From contig OX442314.1 in NCBI GenBank assembly GCA_949358305.1, forward strand, positions 14,198,001 to 14,262,000: a stretch of 64,000 nucleotides of DNA, written 5' to 3'. Source of the stretch: Strigamia acuminata (taxonomy: Eukaryota). The notes beneath the pieces are model-generated. The model was not told the DNA's origin. It made no database searches and saw only the letters and a program-made list of their open reading frames with translations. Positions 22,105 through 34,150 of the stretch are shown piece by piece. Position 1 is the first letter of the stretch, and the number at the start of each line of letters is the position of its first letter. The position numbers and the translations under genes were made by a program.

Positions 22105-23229
22105 TTATACTTTTTTGGGCGGTGTCGGTTCCCTTATTCTCCCTATAAACATAATCATCTCAGATTTCGTATCACGAATTACAAACATGAATGGCCGATC
22201 AGCAATGAACTTGACGCCCGAATTAGTGCAGCAGAAACAACCATTAGAAGCTGTCGGAACGGCCATATTTTTCCCCCCACCAACTTCGCAAACCTCCACT
22301 TTAACACCGTGGTACAATGCGGAGAGAAAAATCCTGTCGTCTTTATTTTCAATATTTTCAACCATACCGGACAAATCCGCCGAATGTCTGCTAAACATGT
22401 CCTCAACACCCATGCGAGCCAAAGCATCCGTATACTCCAGTGAAGTCTCCACGTGGAAACGAGGCAACATGACATTAACAACAGTCGATTTCATGTCCAG
22501 CAACAATAACTCCAATTCGTCCTCGTTCATCTTCGCTTCCAATGCGGTCAGTCCGGTTATATCTTGCGGTAACAAGATGATGCACGAGACCCGGTCGCCA
22601 GCGTATGCCAACTCGATGGCCGAACATTTGAGGTCTTTGCTGACCACGTACGGATAACGACCCTGTTGTTGGATAACATCCATTGCCGTGAACTTCTCCT
22701 TTTCCGTGTAGAAGCGACCCGGGTTTGCGTAATCGTGATAGAATTTGCGTTGCCATGGGGAGTTGAAGTAGACGCAATTGATGAGCACGGCTCGGGCCAA
22801 GTGGTCGAGGCCACCTTGAGTTACGACCTCTTTGATTTGCTTCTGTGTCGATTCTTCCACCCAATGGTTGATGGAGCTTCGAAGGTGGTCCACGTCGGCC
22901 ATGAAGTCGACACTGGGGACGGTCACGGCGTAGTGATTCTGCGCTAGGGCCAAGAAGTCGCAGTGGACTTTGAATTCTTTGTGGACGTAGATGCGGTTCG
23001 CAAAGTGAAGAATTGCTTTTTTCCCGTTGTGGGGACGGAATGATTTAAGGAGTTCCTCGAAAGCCATGTGCACGTCTTGGGGATCTTCGGCCAAGGATTC
23101 GAAGCGCAGAAGTTTTTTTATTTGTTCGGCTGTGGCTTCTTTGGCACCGGCAAACATGAGCGATAGAACGGAGGCGATGGCTAAAGGTGATACGACTAAG
23201 TTGGGCATGAGTGTTTCGGTTTGGCTTAG
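22105..23229 (-). CDS. Serpin 2, main exon (paralogue of serpin 1, ~90% aa identity by manual count); helix-A exon absent locally; possibly a pseudogene or alternative exon
   Basis: Intact frame LSQTETLMPNLVVSP...FIADRPFMFVIRD...MFIGRIREPTPPKKV*, preceded by a TAG acceptor at 23230-23232. Confidence 0.85.
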   Translation of the reverse strand, partial: LSQTETLMPNLVVSPLAIASVLSLMFAGAKEATAEQIKKLLRFESLAEDPQDVHMAFEELLKSFRPHNGKKAILHFANRIYVHKEFKVHCDFLALAQNHYAVTVPSVDFMADVDHLRSSINHWVEESTQKQIKEVVTQGGLDHLARAVLINCVYFNSPWQRKFYHDYANPGRFYTEKEKFTAMDVIQQQGRYPYVVSKDLKCSAIELAYAGDRVSCIILLPQDITGLTALEAKMNEDELELLLLDMKSTVVNVMLPRFHVETSLEYTDALARMGVEDMFSRHSADLSGMVENIENKDDRIFLSALYHGVKVEVCEVGGGKNMAVPTASNGCFCCTNSGVKFIADRPFMFVIRDTKSEMIMFIGRIREPTPPKKV

Positions 23230-24689
23230 CTAAAATGGTAAGTGGTCGTAGCAGATTAGGGTCTTATAAGTTATCTATTGCTTTGTAATTAAAATTCGGT
23301 AATAGGTGTTGGAAAAAATGGAATGTGCTTGGCTAAAAAATATAAATGTTTTGAGGAAATTGCAGTTACTAGATAAATTTCAAAGGCGAATTTTTGGAGT
23401 CGTTTACAGAGTATGTTCACATTATTGTTTCTGAATAATGGTTTTTCTGAAATTCAAACGCAAAATAAAATAACAATTTAAAAATAAAAGTATTCACACA
23501 AAGTAAGAAACTTGCTCACCTATTTCAAGATATTTGTGGTCACCCATTTTTCTACCTGAAAAATTCAAACATAACCGAAAATTTTAAATTAAAGATTTTG
23601 CAATTCAAATTTGTATTGTTTTTAATATGGTTCTAAAATATATTGGAATTATATATTGAAATGCGTTGAGTTTCACTAGAATGCGTTTTGAAATACATTT
23701 TTGTGTGCTATTGGTTTGCAAATAAAATGCTAATAGATTTTGTAAAATGTATTATGAAATGTGTTCACAATACTATTATTTGTCAAATGTGTTGTCAAAT
23801 TTATTTAACTTTACACCAATTATTCGCACACTATTTGTATTTATTAAACCTCCCATTTATAGTTAACCACCCCCCCCCCCCCCAAAAAAAAATTTATTTA
23901 TTTCCTCACTATTTACTTTCACATTCACACTATTTTCTTTTTTTGTAAACCAAACATCAAATATTCTCGGTTTTACATTTGCAACGCCGGTGTGGCCTTT
24001 GCTAGGTGTTTTTTTAAAATCGAAATAGGGGGTAAATAAATACAATCTGTTATGAAATGCATTAAAGGTGCGTTTCATAAATATAAAGCCACTCGCAAAA
24101 ATTGGCTTCCCAGAAAAACGATTAAAACAAACACAAAACTGTTTGTTGCACGTGAATATTCATCAAATTTTGCACCTTTTACTCATTTCAAAACAATTCT
24201 GAACACAAATAACTACTGGTCACAATTTAAAAGCAAATTTTCGCCTTTTTGCAATGTTGCATAATTAAAAAGCCAGTCACAAATTTCATTCAAAAAAATT
24301 TTTTTAAGGATCAAAAATTGACACAGGAGGTTAGTAAATGTCATCTGTTTCAAAAATTGTACAATTGTCAATCCAATTGTTGTAAAAACAATGCATTGAA
24401 ACCCACTGATCGCCAAAAATTAAGATTCTGAGTGAAATATTGCACATCAGGGTCTGCTGGTGAATCAACAAGAAAACAATACGTTAGTGCATCAAAAACA
24501 AACATCTACCAGAGGGATTAAGAGCACCAAATTTTTTAAATACAGGCGAGAAAAGCTAGACCTGCTCTACTAAACTGTTGTAGTCAGAAAAGATTAAAGT
24601 AAGCCCAACAATGTTGAGACGAAACTAGTGTTTTGTGATGGAAAAAGTTTAAATGCATGAGCCAGATGGTTGGCAATACTACTGGCATT

Positions 24690-25105
24690 AATGGCTCTCC
24701 TGTCGAGACAAATGCGCACAGACTCATCCGGTTTACTAACGGTAACGGGGACTATTGGAGACACCCATTCAGTTGGTCCACTCACTGGCTCGATAATGTC
24801 CTGCTCCAAAAGATATTTCCAATTCCTCATCCACCTTTTTTCTACTATGGAAAGGCACTCGTCTCACCGCCTATGCAGTTGGCTTCACTGTTGGATCCAT
24901 ATATACAATTCCAAATCGAAATCTTTCAACTTCCCAATTCCTTCTACCATTTCCTCATGTGGAATTATCATTTCGGCCAATTCATCTCGCAGTCCTTTCA
25001 TTTCCGCCGTCTCACCGTTGAATTTTACTAAATTCAATTTTTCTGACGTTGATTTTCCCAACAACGAGATATTTCCTGAAGGCACGGCAATAAATTTAAC
25101 CAAAA
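24690..25105 (-). mobile_element. Ty3/gypsy pol fragment (protease end to reverse transcriptase start), frameshifted
   Basis: ISLLGKSTSEKLNLVK, GIGKLKDFDLEL, (frameshift) DPTVKP..RRVPFHSRKKVDEEL and LLEQDIIEPVSGPTEWVSPIVPV..KPDESVRICLDRRAIN. These match gypsy RT N-terminal motifs (IIEPV..W.SPIV.V.K..G.VR.C.D). Confidence 0.85.
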
Positions 25106-27275
25106 TTTTGCTTCCTGGAGGAACTGAAGGAAAGTTTTTTTGTCCACTACTGTACCTTGCCCAGCTAAACTGAAGGGAAGTTGTTTTTTTTGTCCACGAC
25201 TGTACACTGACCTTGCGAGTTTACTGGATTACTGCGATTTACTTTTTGTTTACCAAGATTAGAGTCGATGAAATGGGAATTACAAACCACATGCATATTT
25301 TTAATAGTTGGATCTTATCGAGCTGTTTTCCGTAGGAGCAATCAATTTTTCTTTCACTTGTGGTTTGTTTATCTAGCAACTTGTTGGGTTGATTTATTCT
25401 TTTTTTATGTTAGAGAATTGGTTTTTCAGTCGTTACCTGACGCACTTTGTGTTTTTAAATGGTAAAATCGATATTTTTTATAATTAAGTTTGGCTAACAG
25501 CAAAGTTGACTTTATTTGAGGGTCTTAATACTTTTTTCTTTAAGTTTGTGTGAAAATTGTCGATTACTACGAACAATTTGCTCGCTAATCTGTTTTTTTT
25601 TTAATAGTGAAAATTTAAATAGTCGATAGTCGATACGACTCACCTGTCTTTCTTTCGAGGTCACTCGTTGAAAAGTGGACAGCACGAGGAGCAAGTTGCG
25701 ACGGCTCAGTTTCAGTCATCGGTGTAATGTTGTTGATTTCAATTGTCACCAGGGTACTTACATCGATCTCAACTTCCGTTTTTGTGTGGATTTTTTCTTA
25801 TTTCGGATGTGTTGACAAGTGGCGCCACCAATCTTCTATAATATTAATATTTGATTTGACTTTGTAGAAAATGTCTTGAAAAAAAATTCAATTTTTGGAA
25901 TTAAAATTGAGAGGAAAAAAGGTCTGTTTATGTTGATTATTGTTTCAAATTTTGGTTTATATCAATTTTGGATTGGTAGTACCGTTGGGAACATTGTGAC
26001 TTGGATTGAAAAGTTTCTAAATCGAAAATTTGAATCAATAAAAAGAGTTAAGACAAGACCAAAGTAGAGAGGCTAAAAATAGCTTCCAATCAAGGATCCA
26101 GGGACGACCAACTCAGTCTGGTCACAGGGTCACCAACAGCATCTATTGCTGCACACAATCGGTCACGAGACACAAAAACATGCAAAACTGAAACAAATAC
26201 CAAAATCAACTAACTTGTAAGCCCAAGGAAATATGTCATCGGGGGAACTCTATTTATACATTTTTACTTAGACTTAGAAAATGTTTTACTTGGAATCACA
26301 TTATACTTAGGTGCATCATGAATACAGTACGAAGTTCATTCTACTTTGCATGTAAACACAGTAAAGATGGAAAAGCTTCTTTTCATTGAATGCGTGCCAT
26401 GTTTTTTTTTTATTACTTTTTTTCCCATCTAAACTGGTTTAACTCATGGAAGGTCATCCATATTTGTTTGTTTTAAATATGTTTTACGAAATCAATTAAT
26501 TGCGCAATGTGCAATTCTGTGTTCAGCCAATCTATAATTGAGTGAGAGTCTACGTTGTACTTGTGCCTTTCGTGTTAAAGTATCTTGTAAAATACGTTTT
26601 TAAAGTTGACATGTGAGGACTTTATAGCTGCCAGCCAAAAGAAAAATAGAGTGCAAAAGATAAAAAAAAAGTAATAAAAATAAAAATAAAAATTCACTTA
26701 CCGGTATGTATGTGTATAATATTTTGAATAAGTTGCATTCAAAGTGTATTTTTATTTGTTTTTGTGTTTCTACATGAAAAACAGCAAGAACAAGACAAAT
26801 ACATGCCTCATTAGACGCATTCATATGGTCATTTAAACTTGTTTATATTTTCAAAGCAATCTAAATGTAAAATTGTTCATTCTGTTCTTTTATGTATTTT
26901 GATGCATAAAGTTTCGACTTTAAACCATCCAGACGGGGACCATAGACAAGTAAATCGAACCCAAACTAACTTTGCAACAGTTTTATTTACAACAACATCT
27001 TAAAACTTTAAAATTTACAGTAGCAACAATTTTTAAAATCGTATATACATAAATACATTAGCCAATTTTCGTCCAATTCCATTGGGCGGAGCATAAGGCA
27101 ATTGTCGACCATCGCTGAAGGTGGTCGTATAATCAGCTTAAGTGCATGCGCTTACTAAAACAAAGCACGTAAAGTCGACTCTATTTAGATTTTTATACCT
27201 TGTGGATACAATAGTTAGATCTACGAACGATCAATAGCTTGAAAAACTGATCGAGTGAAGAAATTGATTGACAAT

Positions 27276-28579
27276 TTACATTTCTTCGGTCGACGGTTCG
27301 TGGATGCAACCAGTAAATAGAATCAACCCGGATTTGGTATCACGCAGAATAAAGATGAACGGTCTATCGACCACGATCTCATTTCCTTCATCCTCCGACT
27401 CGTCGCTCTCCTGCGGCGTGGACGGCGAACATTCCGTCCCCTTCTCCACCACCCGCAACTCCGTGCCGTGGATCAGCGCCGACAAACACAACCCTTCGTC
27501 ATCAGACGCCGTGAATCCAGTCAGATCGGCAGAATCGGGATCCAGCACGAGATTGGCGCCCATATCGCCCATTACGTCGGACAAGGAGAAGGTGCAAGCG
27601 ACGCGAAAGCGAGGCAACGCGATCTTCATACTCGACGGCTCCAACTGTTGGAGAAGCGCATCTAAAATATTCACGTCGATTTTCTCCTCGATTACATGCA
27701 AATCTTCGTGCTCGGGCGGGACGATGAGCAGCAGCGAGAATCGATCTTCCTTGTACGGCAACTCGAGCAGTTGACACCCTAGATCGTCGTTAAACGCGCT
27801 GCGCAATTCGCAGCAACTTCTCGTGTGCATCAAATCCACGACGATCTTACGACCCTCGCCCGCGTTGAACGGATAAAGACAGGTGGCTCCTTCGTCGAAG
27901 GGAAATTGCCATTCGCCTCGAAATGTGGTCGCGGTTATAGCGACTAAAGTGGTGAATAAATCTATGACTCCCTCGCCGACCAGACCTTGTTGCCAGGAAT
28001 CTGTACCGATTTTCTCCGTCACCCATTCGTTGACTTGAGCCCGCGCGTCGTCGCCGGCGCGTGCGAAATCGACACGCCCGATGTCGTCGCCGTAGTTCTC
28101 CGCGAGATAGGCGGAGACGGATTCGTCGAGCGGCACGTCTTCTTGGACGTAGACGCGATGGGCCGCTTTGAGTGCCGAAATTCCGGTTTCCCCGAGGGAG
28201 TCGAGAAGATGTCGAAAGGCGAGGTGGATTTGGAAGTTTCCGTTGCCGTTGCCGTTGTCGTCGTTTCCGTTTTCATCGTCGTCTTCCGTGAGGGAAAAGT
28301 CTTGCAGTTGAAGAAATTGCTTCAGTTGCGTCTCCGTGTCGCCTCTGGTGCCGGCCAACAACATGGACAGAACGGAGGAGACGCTTAATGGACTTAAAAG
28401 GATGTTGCTGCAATGAGCACAAATCCGCTTGAATTAAAAATAAAGGAATAATTTATATTTTTGTAATTTAAAAAAAGAAAGTTTAGAATTTTTTTTTTTT
28501 TTACCTTGAATAGTTGCAATGCGAATTTATTGCAGCATCGGACGAGACGGTCAACGAGCACGGCTGATTCCTCGTCCAT
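27276..28579 (-). CDS. Serpin 3, intracellular, two exons, ~408 aa, acidic reactive-centre loop
   Basis: Exon 1 28579-28505 (MDEESAVLVDRLVRCCNKFALQLFK, helix A); phase-0 GT-AG intron; exon 2 28427-27276 (RICAHCSNILLSPLSV...GTRGDTETQL...VNEWVTEK...FRGEWQFPF...LELPY...LPRF...EKGTE...VDRPFIFILRD..SGLILFTGCIHEP). No signal peptide. Further in-frame ATGs exist upstream. Confidence 0.9.
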
Positions 28580-29049
28580 TTTGTTGTTTAGATTGTTTGT
28601 AGTGGTTTTGCTCAACGAACGGAAACTGTTCATCAAGATGTCACTTATCCGCAGATCTAATCTAAGTAAATGAATGAAATGTTTATGAGCGGTTTCATGA
28701 ATGCATTTCATGCATGCAATTAAATGACATCACTCTGTAATGATAGAGGGCAACGGCTGTGCAAAAATCCTCCCAATTAAAAAGAGAGATGCATTAATCA
28801 AGAACGTCACGTATTAACGGTCCCTGCGGGAATGGACGAAGGGCGTGGACCGATTTTACGCCGGTTTGTAATTTCTCACCTGTTGTGGTGGTTTGAGCCG
28901 CCAGACAACAGTCGAGTCAAGTTGGTCGAAGAACGAAACTGTAATTAAAAATAAAAGGAAGAATTCACGCGTTTTCACCGTCAGGTGGGCTTTTATCGTA
29001 GTTGTGATTAAACGTGCAACTAGGTTACCGTAACTACCTGCGTATCTGA

Positions 29050-29210
29050 TGACGTCACACCCTCGGCATGACGAAATAAAGTGAGGGTGAGTGGAAGATG
29101 GGTGAGGCGCGAGGCTAGTGTGGGATGTCTCCACTCACGACTGGAAGGGTTGGTCCAGTCTTAGTCATTGATCTTGGTGTATTTTCGAAGCGAAAGTGGC
29201 GGTGACGTCA
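29050..29210. promoter_or_regulatory. Putative promoter region with two palindromic CRE/ATF sites upstream of serpin 3
   Basis: TGACGTCA at 29050-29057 and 29203-29210 in a locally GC/CpG-richer stretch 0.5-0.6 kb upstream of the serpin 3 ATG. Confidence 0.4.
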
Positions 29211-32200
29211 TTTGTTGTTCGCAGTTCGCACGATTTGAAGCAAAAATGTGGTATTTTTAATTGAATCGGTTGTAATTAGATTCGTGATGAGGAGATTTTT
29301 GTTATTTAACGTGCGGAAATTGTCGTTTTTGGGCTCTTGAGACGCTGTGGGATGAGGAAATGAAAAATTGATGCATTTATTGAACCGTGGGTTGTTTCCT
29401 AAGTGAGGTTAAGTTAGGAAAGAAATTGTATGGAGGTTTCTTTTTTTTAATGACTCTTTTCTTCCTTGTATGGTAAAGATCTCTGTTTTGTTAAGGGGAA
29501 CTCATTTTGCTTTTAAGCTTCGTTTTATAGCGGAACGATGATGTGGAAACGGAGGAATTGATTTTTTTACGGTGCAAATATTAAGCTTAATAGAATAATA
29601 CGGAATCAGCGCAAAGTTGAACACGTGTGGAAGGGTTTAGGACGGAAAGATAAGCGGATGGGGCTTGATAAAATGCTTATTTTTACTATTCAATACCTGT
29701 TGCGAATGTTGCCTAGTGATGGTCTCGGAGGGAAAACTTGGAAGTTTGTACTCGGTCTTACAGCTCAGAGTTAAGCGTTTTTCTAGGGATGAGTTTTTAT
29801 CTTTTTCGGTGGAAAAAATTGAGGTGGCTTTTTGTTTATTAAATATTTAAACTTGTTTTTTTTTTTTTTTTTTTTTTTGTTTAAAAATTTTATGTTTATT
29901 TTGTGTTTTTTTGGTTTTTGGTGTTTCTGGGTTTAAATTTTTGTTTGTTTTTGTGGAGTTAATTATGTTTCGTTCGGTTTTGCTGTTTATTTGAGCTGTT
30001 TTGATGAATTTTTGATTATTTTTTTTAAAAAGGTTTTATTGGATGCAATTCCAGTTTTTAAATTTTTTTAAAAATTTAATTTAAACTTTTGCTCATCGGG
30101 GGAAGATTAAATCACATGAAAATTTTATGTGTGGTTCTGCTACTACATTCGATCAATCATTTTGTTTTATTATTTAGTATTGAATTTATCCATGTTGGAG
30201 TGCACTGGAGTAGAGCGACTTCTGGTGTTTAAATGGAGTTTTATTTTTATTTATTATTGCTTTTTTTTTTAGAATAAACGTAATACAAAATTAATATTCA
30301 ATCATTTTTATGGTTTGTTTAACTTTTTTTTTATATAATTTTGTTTATTAATATATAAATAATTTTAATCACTTTACCATGCATGGGTGGATGATGGTTT
30401 CTAATTATACTGAAAAGATTTGCAAGTAAAAAAAAAGGCATTACGGTAATAATTTTCGGTGTAATTGGTTATTCATCAACGGTAATTAACTGAAAAAAAT
30501 TAAAATCAATTACAGAACCCATTAATCTAGATTACCGGTGAGTAAACTTTGTGTTATTGTTATAAAAGCAGTGCCGGGTATGAAAAATTAAAATAATTTC
30601 ACAATTAACCCTCAGTTTTACGATTTTATGGGAGGCAATTTTGTTTGAATCAAAGCACTGCGGCAAAGCTCAAGGGGCAGCGCTACAAACAAATTGCCTA
30701 ATTTTACTATTTCTAGTAATTAAATTGAAACAAAATATCATTAATTAAAATAAACAAAAATAAAAACAGCAAAAGCGGACTGGGATTCGTACTTAAAAAT
30801 GGAAACAAACAAAAACAAATCTATTAATAGGCCTAAAAAAAAATTTCCATTAACCTATTTTTATAAAGTGACTAAATTTTGGCTTTTTGTCAAAATATCA
30901 ATGCATTAGCACTTTTTTTAAAAAAATAATTATTTTTTTTAATTTTCTAGATTGAAACATTTTGGTACATTTTGAGCCTCATTCCACTCCAAATGAACCA
31001 GATTCAAGTAGACTAAACCAATAGAATGACGTGCTACTTGAATATTTAGTGTCTAATAACCTATTAAGCCAGCACAAGGGAGGTTATGAGTGTTATTGAT
31101 TCGCTTCTCTGAAATCCAAGTTTGCAATGAAACTAATGAGTTAGGGCCATGCCAGAGGTTTATTATGACAAATACTGTATTAATCCTTGAACAAATGGAC
31201 TATTCTATTCCTTTTCTTTTTACTTCTTCTGAATTCAGGTTTGTGTGGATCAATGTGTTATTATTTATGAGGTGAACGAACCTAAACGGTGGCAAATAAT
31301 TATACATATTTTGAAAAGATGATAATCATGAATTAAAAAGAAAGAATTATTTATTTTCTTGAGTGTATATAAATGTACAATAATTTATAAGTTCGCAAAA
31401 TGCAAATGATAACAGAAAAAATTGGTGTAGATTTGCCTAGATTCACAAACGAGTTCTTTTAACTTTTCTAATTCTGTCATTTTTAGGTTTTTAATTATTT
31501 TTTTTTTCTAAATTAAATTAAATTTTACTTAGCATATACTGGCCTTGACACTTACCACACTTGGTTGCCAGGAGAGGAATTTTTTTCACTCAATTTTGTC
31601 ACCACAAACACATAATATTGCAAAAGTCAATATTTTAGACTGACAGTTTTCTTTTTTTTTATAATTTCATATATATAATTTTTCTATGTGGAATTGTTGA
31701 CCGAATGTTAGAATGGGATTTTTTTTGTTGCTTTTTATAGGTTAAATCGATGAATCTAATATAAGTAAGTAGGGAGTTTTAAAGTTTGGTGCAAAATTTA
31801 AACTTTAGATTTTATTTAAAATGTTTTGCAGTAACTTTTACATTCAATAAAAATATTCGTCATAGAGCAGGACAAAAGTTGAAATGTTATCAATTATCAA
31901 TTTTTTTTTAAATTTTTACAGGGATTTTTGTTTATATTCACATATTTACTTTCTTATTGCTGCTGCTTCTTCAGGGCTTCTGTCATAATTGCAATAAATT
32001 ACAAAGAAAAATTTAAAAAATATTAAAATTGAAATTTTTCGTGATAAAGATCGGATTTTTTTTTTTTTCATTTTTTTTTTTTACCATTTCTCATGACAAC
32101 CGACAAAAACCTGAGTGAGCACAGGAATTAAAATCAATTTTAATTTAAAGTTTTATATTAAAAGAAAAAATTACACTGAATTTGGAAGACAGTCCTAGAC

Positions 32201-34150
32201 CCTGGGAGCTAAATTAATCAGTGCTCTTGTGTGGGAGGTTTTTAACAGTTTATTTACGAAGATAAAATGTAAATAAAACATTGCAAGTGTAGAAAGAAAA
32301 TAAGGTAATTTCCATAACCAATTTCACTGTTTGCTTTTCATTTTTATTTTTATTTAATAAAACGGGAATAGAAATAGAAATTTTATTTTCTTTATTAAAA
32401 AAAAATTTATTGCTTGAAAGTTTATTTTTTTTTATATCAATAATTAATTTATACATATTTATATATATAAAAGTGGTTTTGCATTTCAATTATTAAACAT
32501 TTTGCATGTTTTACAAATTACAGGCAATAAATTGAATTTAGATTTTTGAAATTGTGAAATTGGTCGATATTAGAGGTGAAATTCAATGATTAGTGCTGAA
32601 TTTAAAATAAATAAATAATCAATTAATTAATTAATGCAGATTTTGATGAAAATAAATGAAAACAATTTTTTAATGTGTGGTAGAATATTTCATTATAGTA
32701 TTACCGTATATTTAATAAATAATTTTAATATCGGTTGTGCACAATGCATATTTCAAAAAGTTGAATTGAAAACAATAATAATTTAAAGTTGAAATAAAAG
32801 GGGATGTGAGGGGGGAGGAAAGATCAAAAGTTTATTATTACATGACTTTATATGTCGTTCAAGTAGCGTTTCATCATTTTATTCCTTATTTGGTGTTCCT
32901 AGGACCAAAAAAGAAAGACGAGGAAGTTCCATATCTGTTTCCTGTAAAATTTCATTCAGAGCTCTAGATTTGGTCATGGTTTTGTGTTGCTACAGCAGTG
33001 CATTGTGGGCTTCCGACATAAACTTAATCTCTTTTTTCTTTTTTTTTAAAATCAATATTATTTAATTTTATACTTATTTCTTTAAAAAAAAGATTTTTCG
33101 ACCAACTCGGATTCTCTTTTATTGGTCCTAGGAAACACACGGGTGACAAAGTGCAGTGCTATAAAGGTAACAATTTGAGGACCAAATACAATCATTTTCG
33201 TTTCATGACGCCTTTAGTCGCATCAACTCCATCGAGTTTCATTTTCTTTTAAACTTTTCTTTCTCAACTAACACCACACTCATATAAAATGGAATGAATT
33301 AATAATTACAATAAAAACACAGGTTTAAAGCGATTTTTGTTCTGTTAAAGGTGGGTTGGAATTCTAAAAAAGCTCTATTACAAGTTTTTTTTTTTTTAGT
33401 GTTTTTTTTTTTTAATTTTTTGTTATGTTAAATAATTGCATTAAATGTCTAAAGCGCATCCAATTTAAAAGGCGTGTATCAAAATAATTTATTTTGTTCT
33501 CTTTCTCTAATGGTTTTTCATGTTAGATTAGTATTATTCTCTCTTAATTCGACCTTGGAAAACGGGTAACAAGGGGTTAAAAGAGCAATGAACAGCCAAT
33601 TGTTTGTGGGCATCTCTAATGTCATTTCATTTTAATTTTTTTTTTCTTTTTAAATGCCAAATTCCGTTGTCGTAGCAACAATAATCTCATTCTAGTCCTA
33701 TCTTTTCCACCTACAACACAATTTTTTGATTGTTCACAGCAATTTTTATTTTATTTTTATTATTTAGTATTTATTAAGGCCAAAGACTATTTTTCATTTA
33801 TTTTCCCTTTCGACCCTCACTAGGCCTATCACAACCAGAAGAGGCAGGGAGTAAGGCGCAATTAGCTATAGGTGAATAATGTGATTTCAAACTCTAAAAT
33901 GGGAAGGATCAAGTGAGAAAAATGTGAAGAACAAAAAATATAAATAAAAAAATTTAAATAAAAAATTTAAAAAAAAAAGAAAATATTTTTCCCCCCCATT
34001 TTCAAATAAAAATTCGAAAAAAATAAAGAAATGAAAAATCTGCAAGATGATTTATAATGATTAATAATAGTAAAAAGAGGAGGAGGGGAAAAAAATTTGT
34101 CCTTGAGAGAAACAATGTATTTTTTTGTTCTAAAATTTTTACAATTTTAT

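Larger units (their letters stand above)
21352..25918. repeat. Tandem segmental duplication, copy B (carries a ~1 kb deletion, a MITE and a Gypsy fragment relative to copy A)
   Basis: Direct comparison with 16251-20540. Confidence 0.92.

Noticed and set aside
21839..22657. 272 aa plus-strand ORF
   Set aside because: Composite of MITE sequence and the antisense strand of serpin 2; no transposase motifs.
29400..34000. Possible snoRNA/miRNA host or lncRNA (GC-richer islands, hairpins, an AGAGGA H-box-like motif near 31572)
   Set aside because: No complete C/D or H/ACA box pair and no recognisable miRNA; would need an Infernal/Rfam search and small-RNA data.
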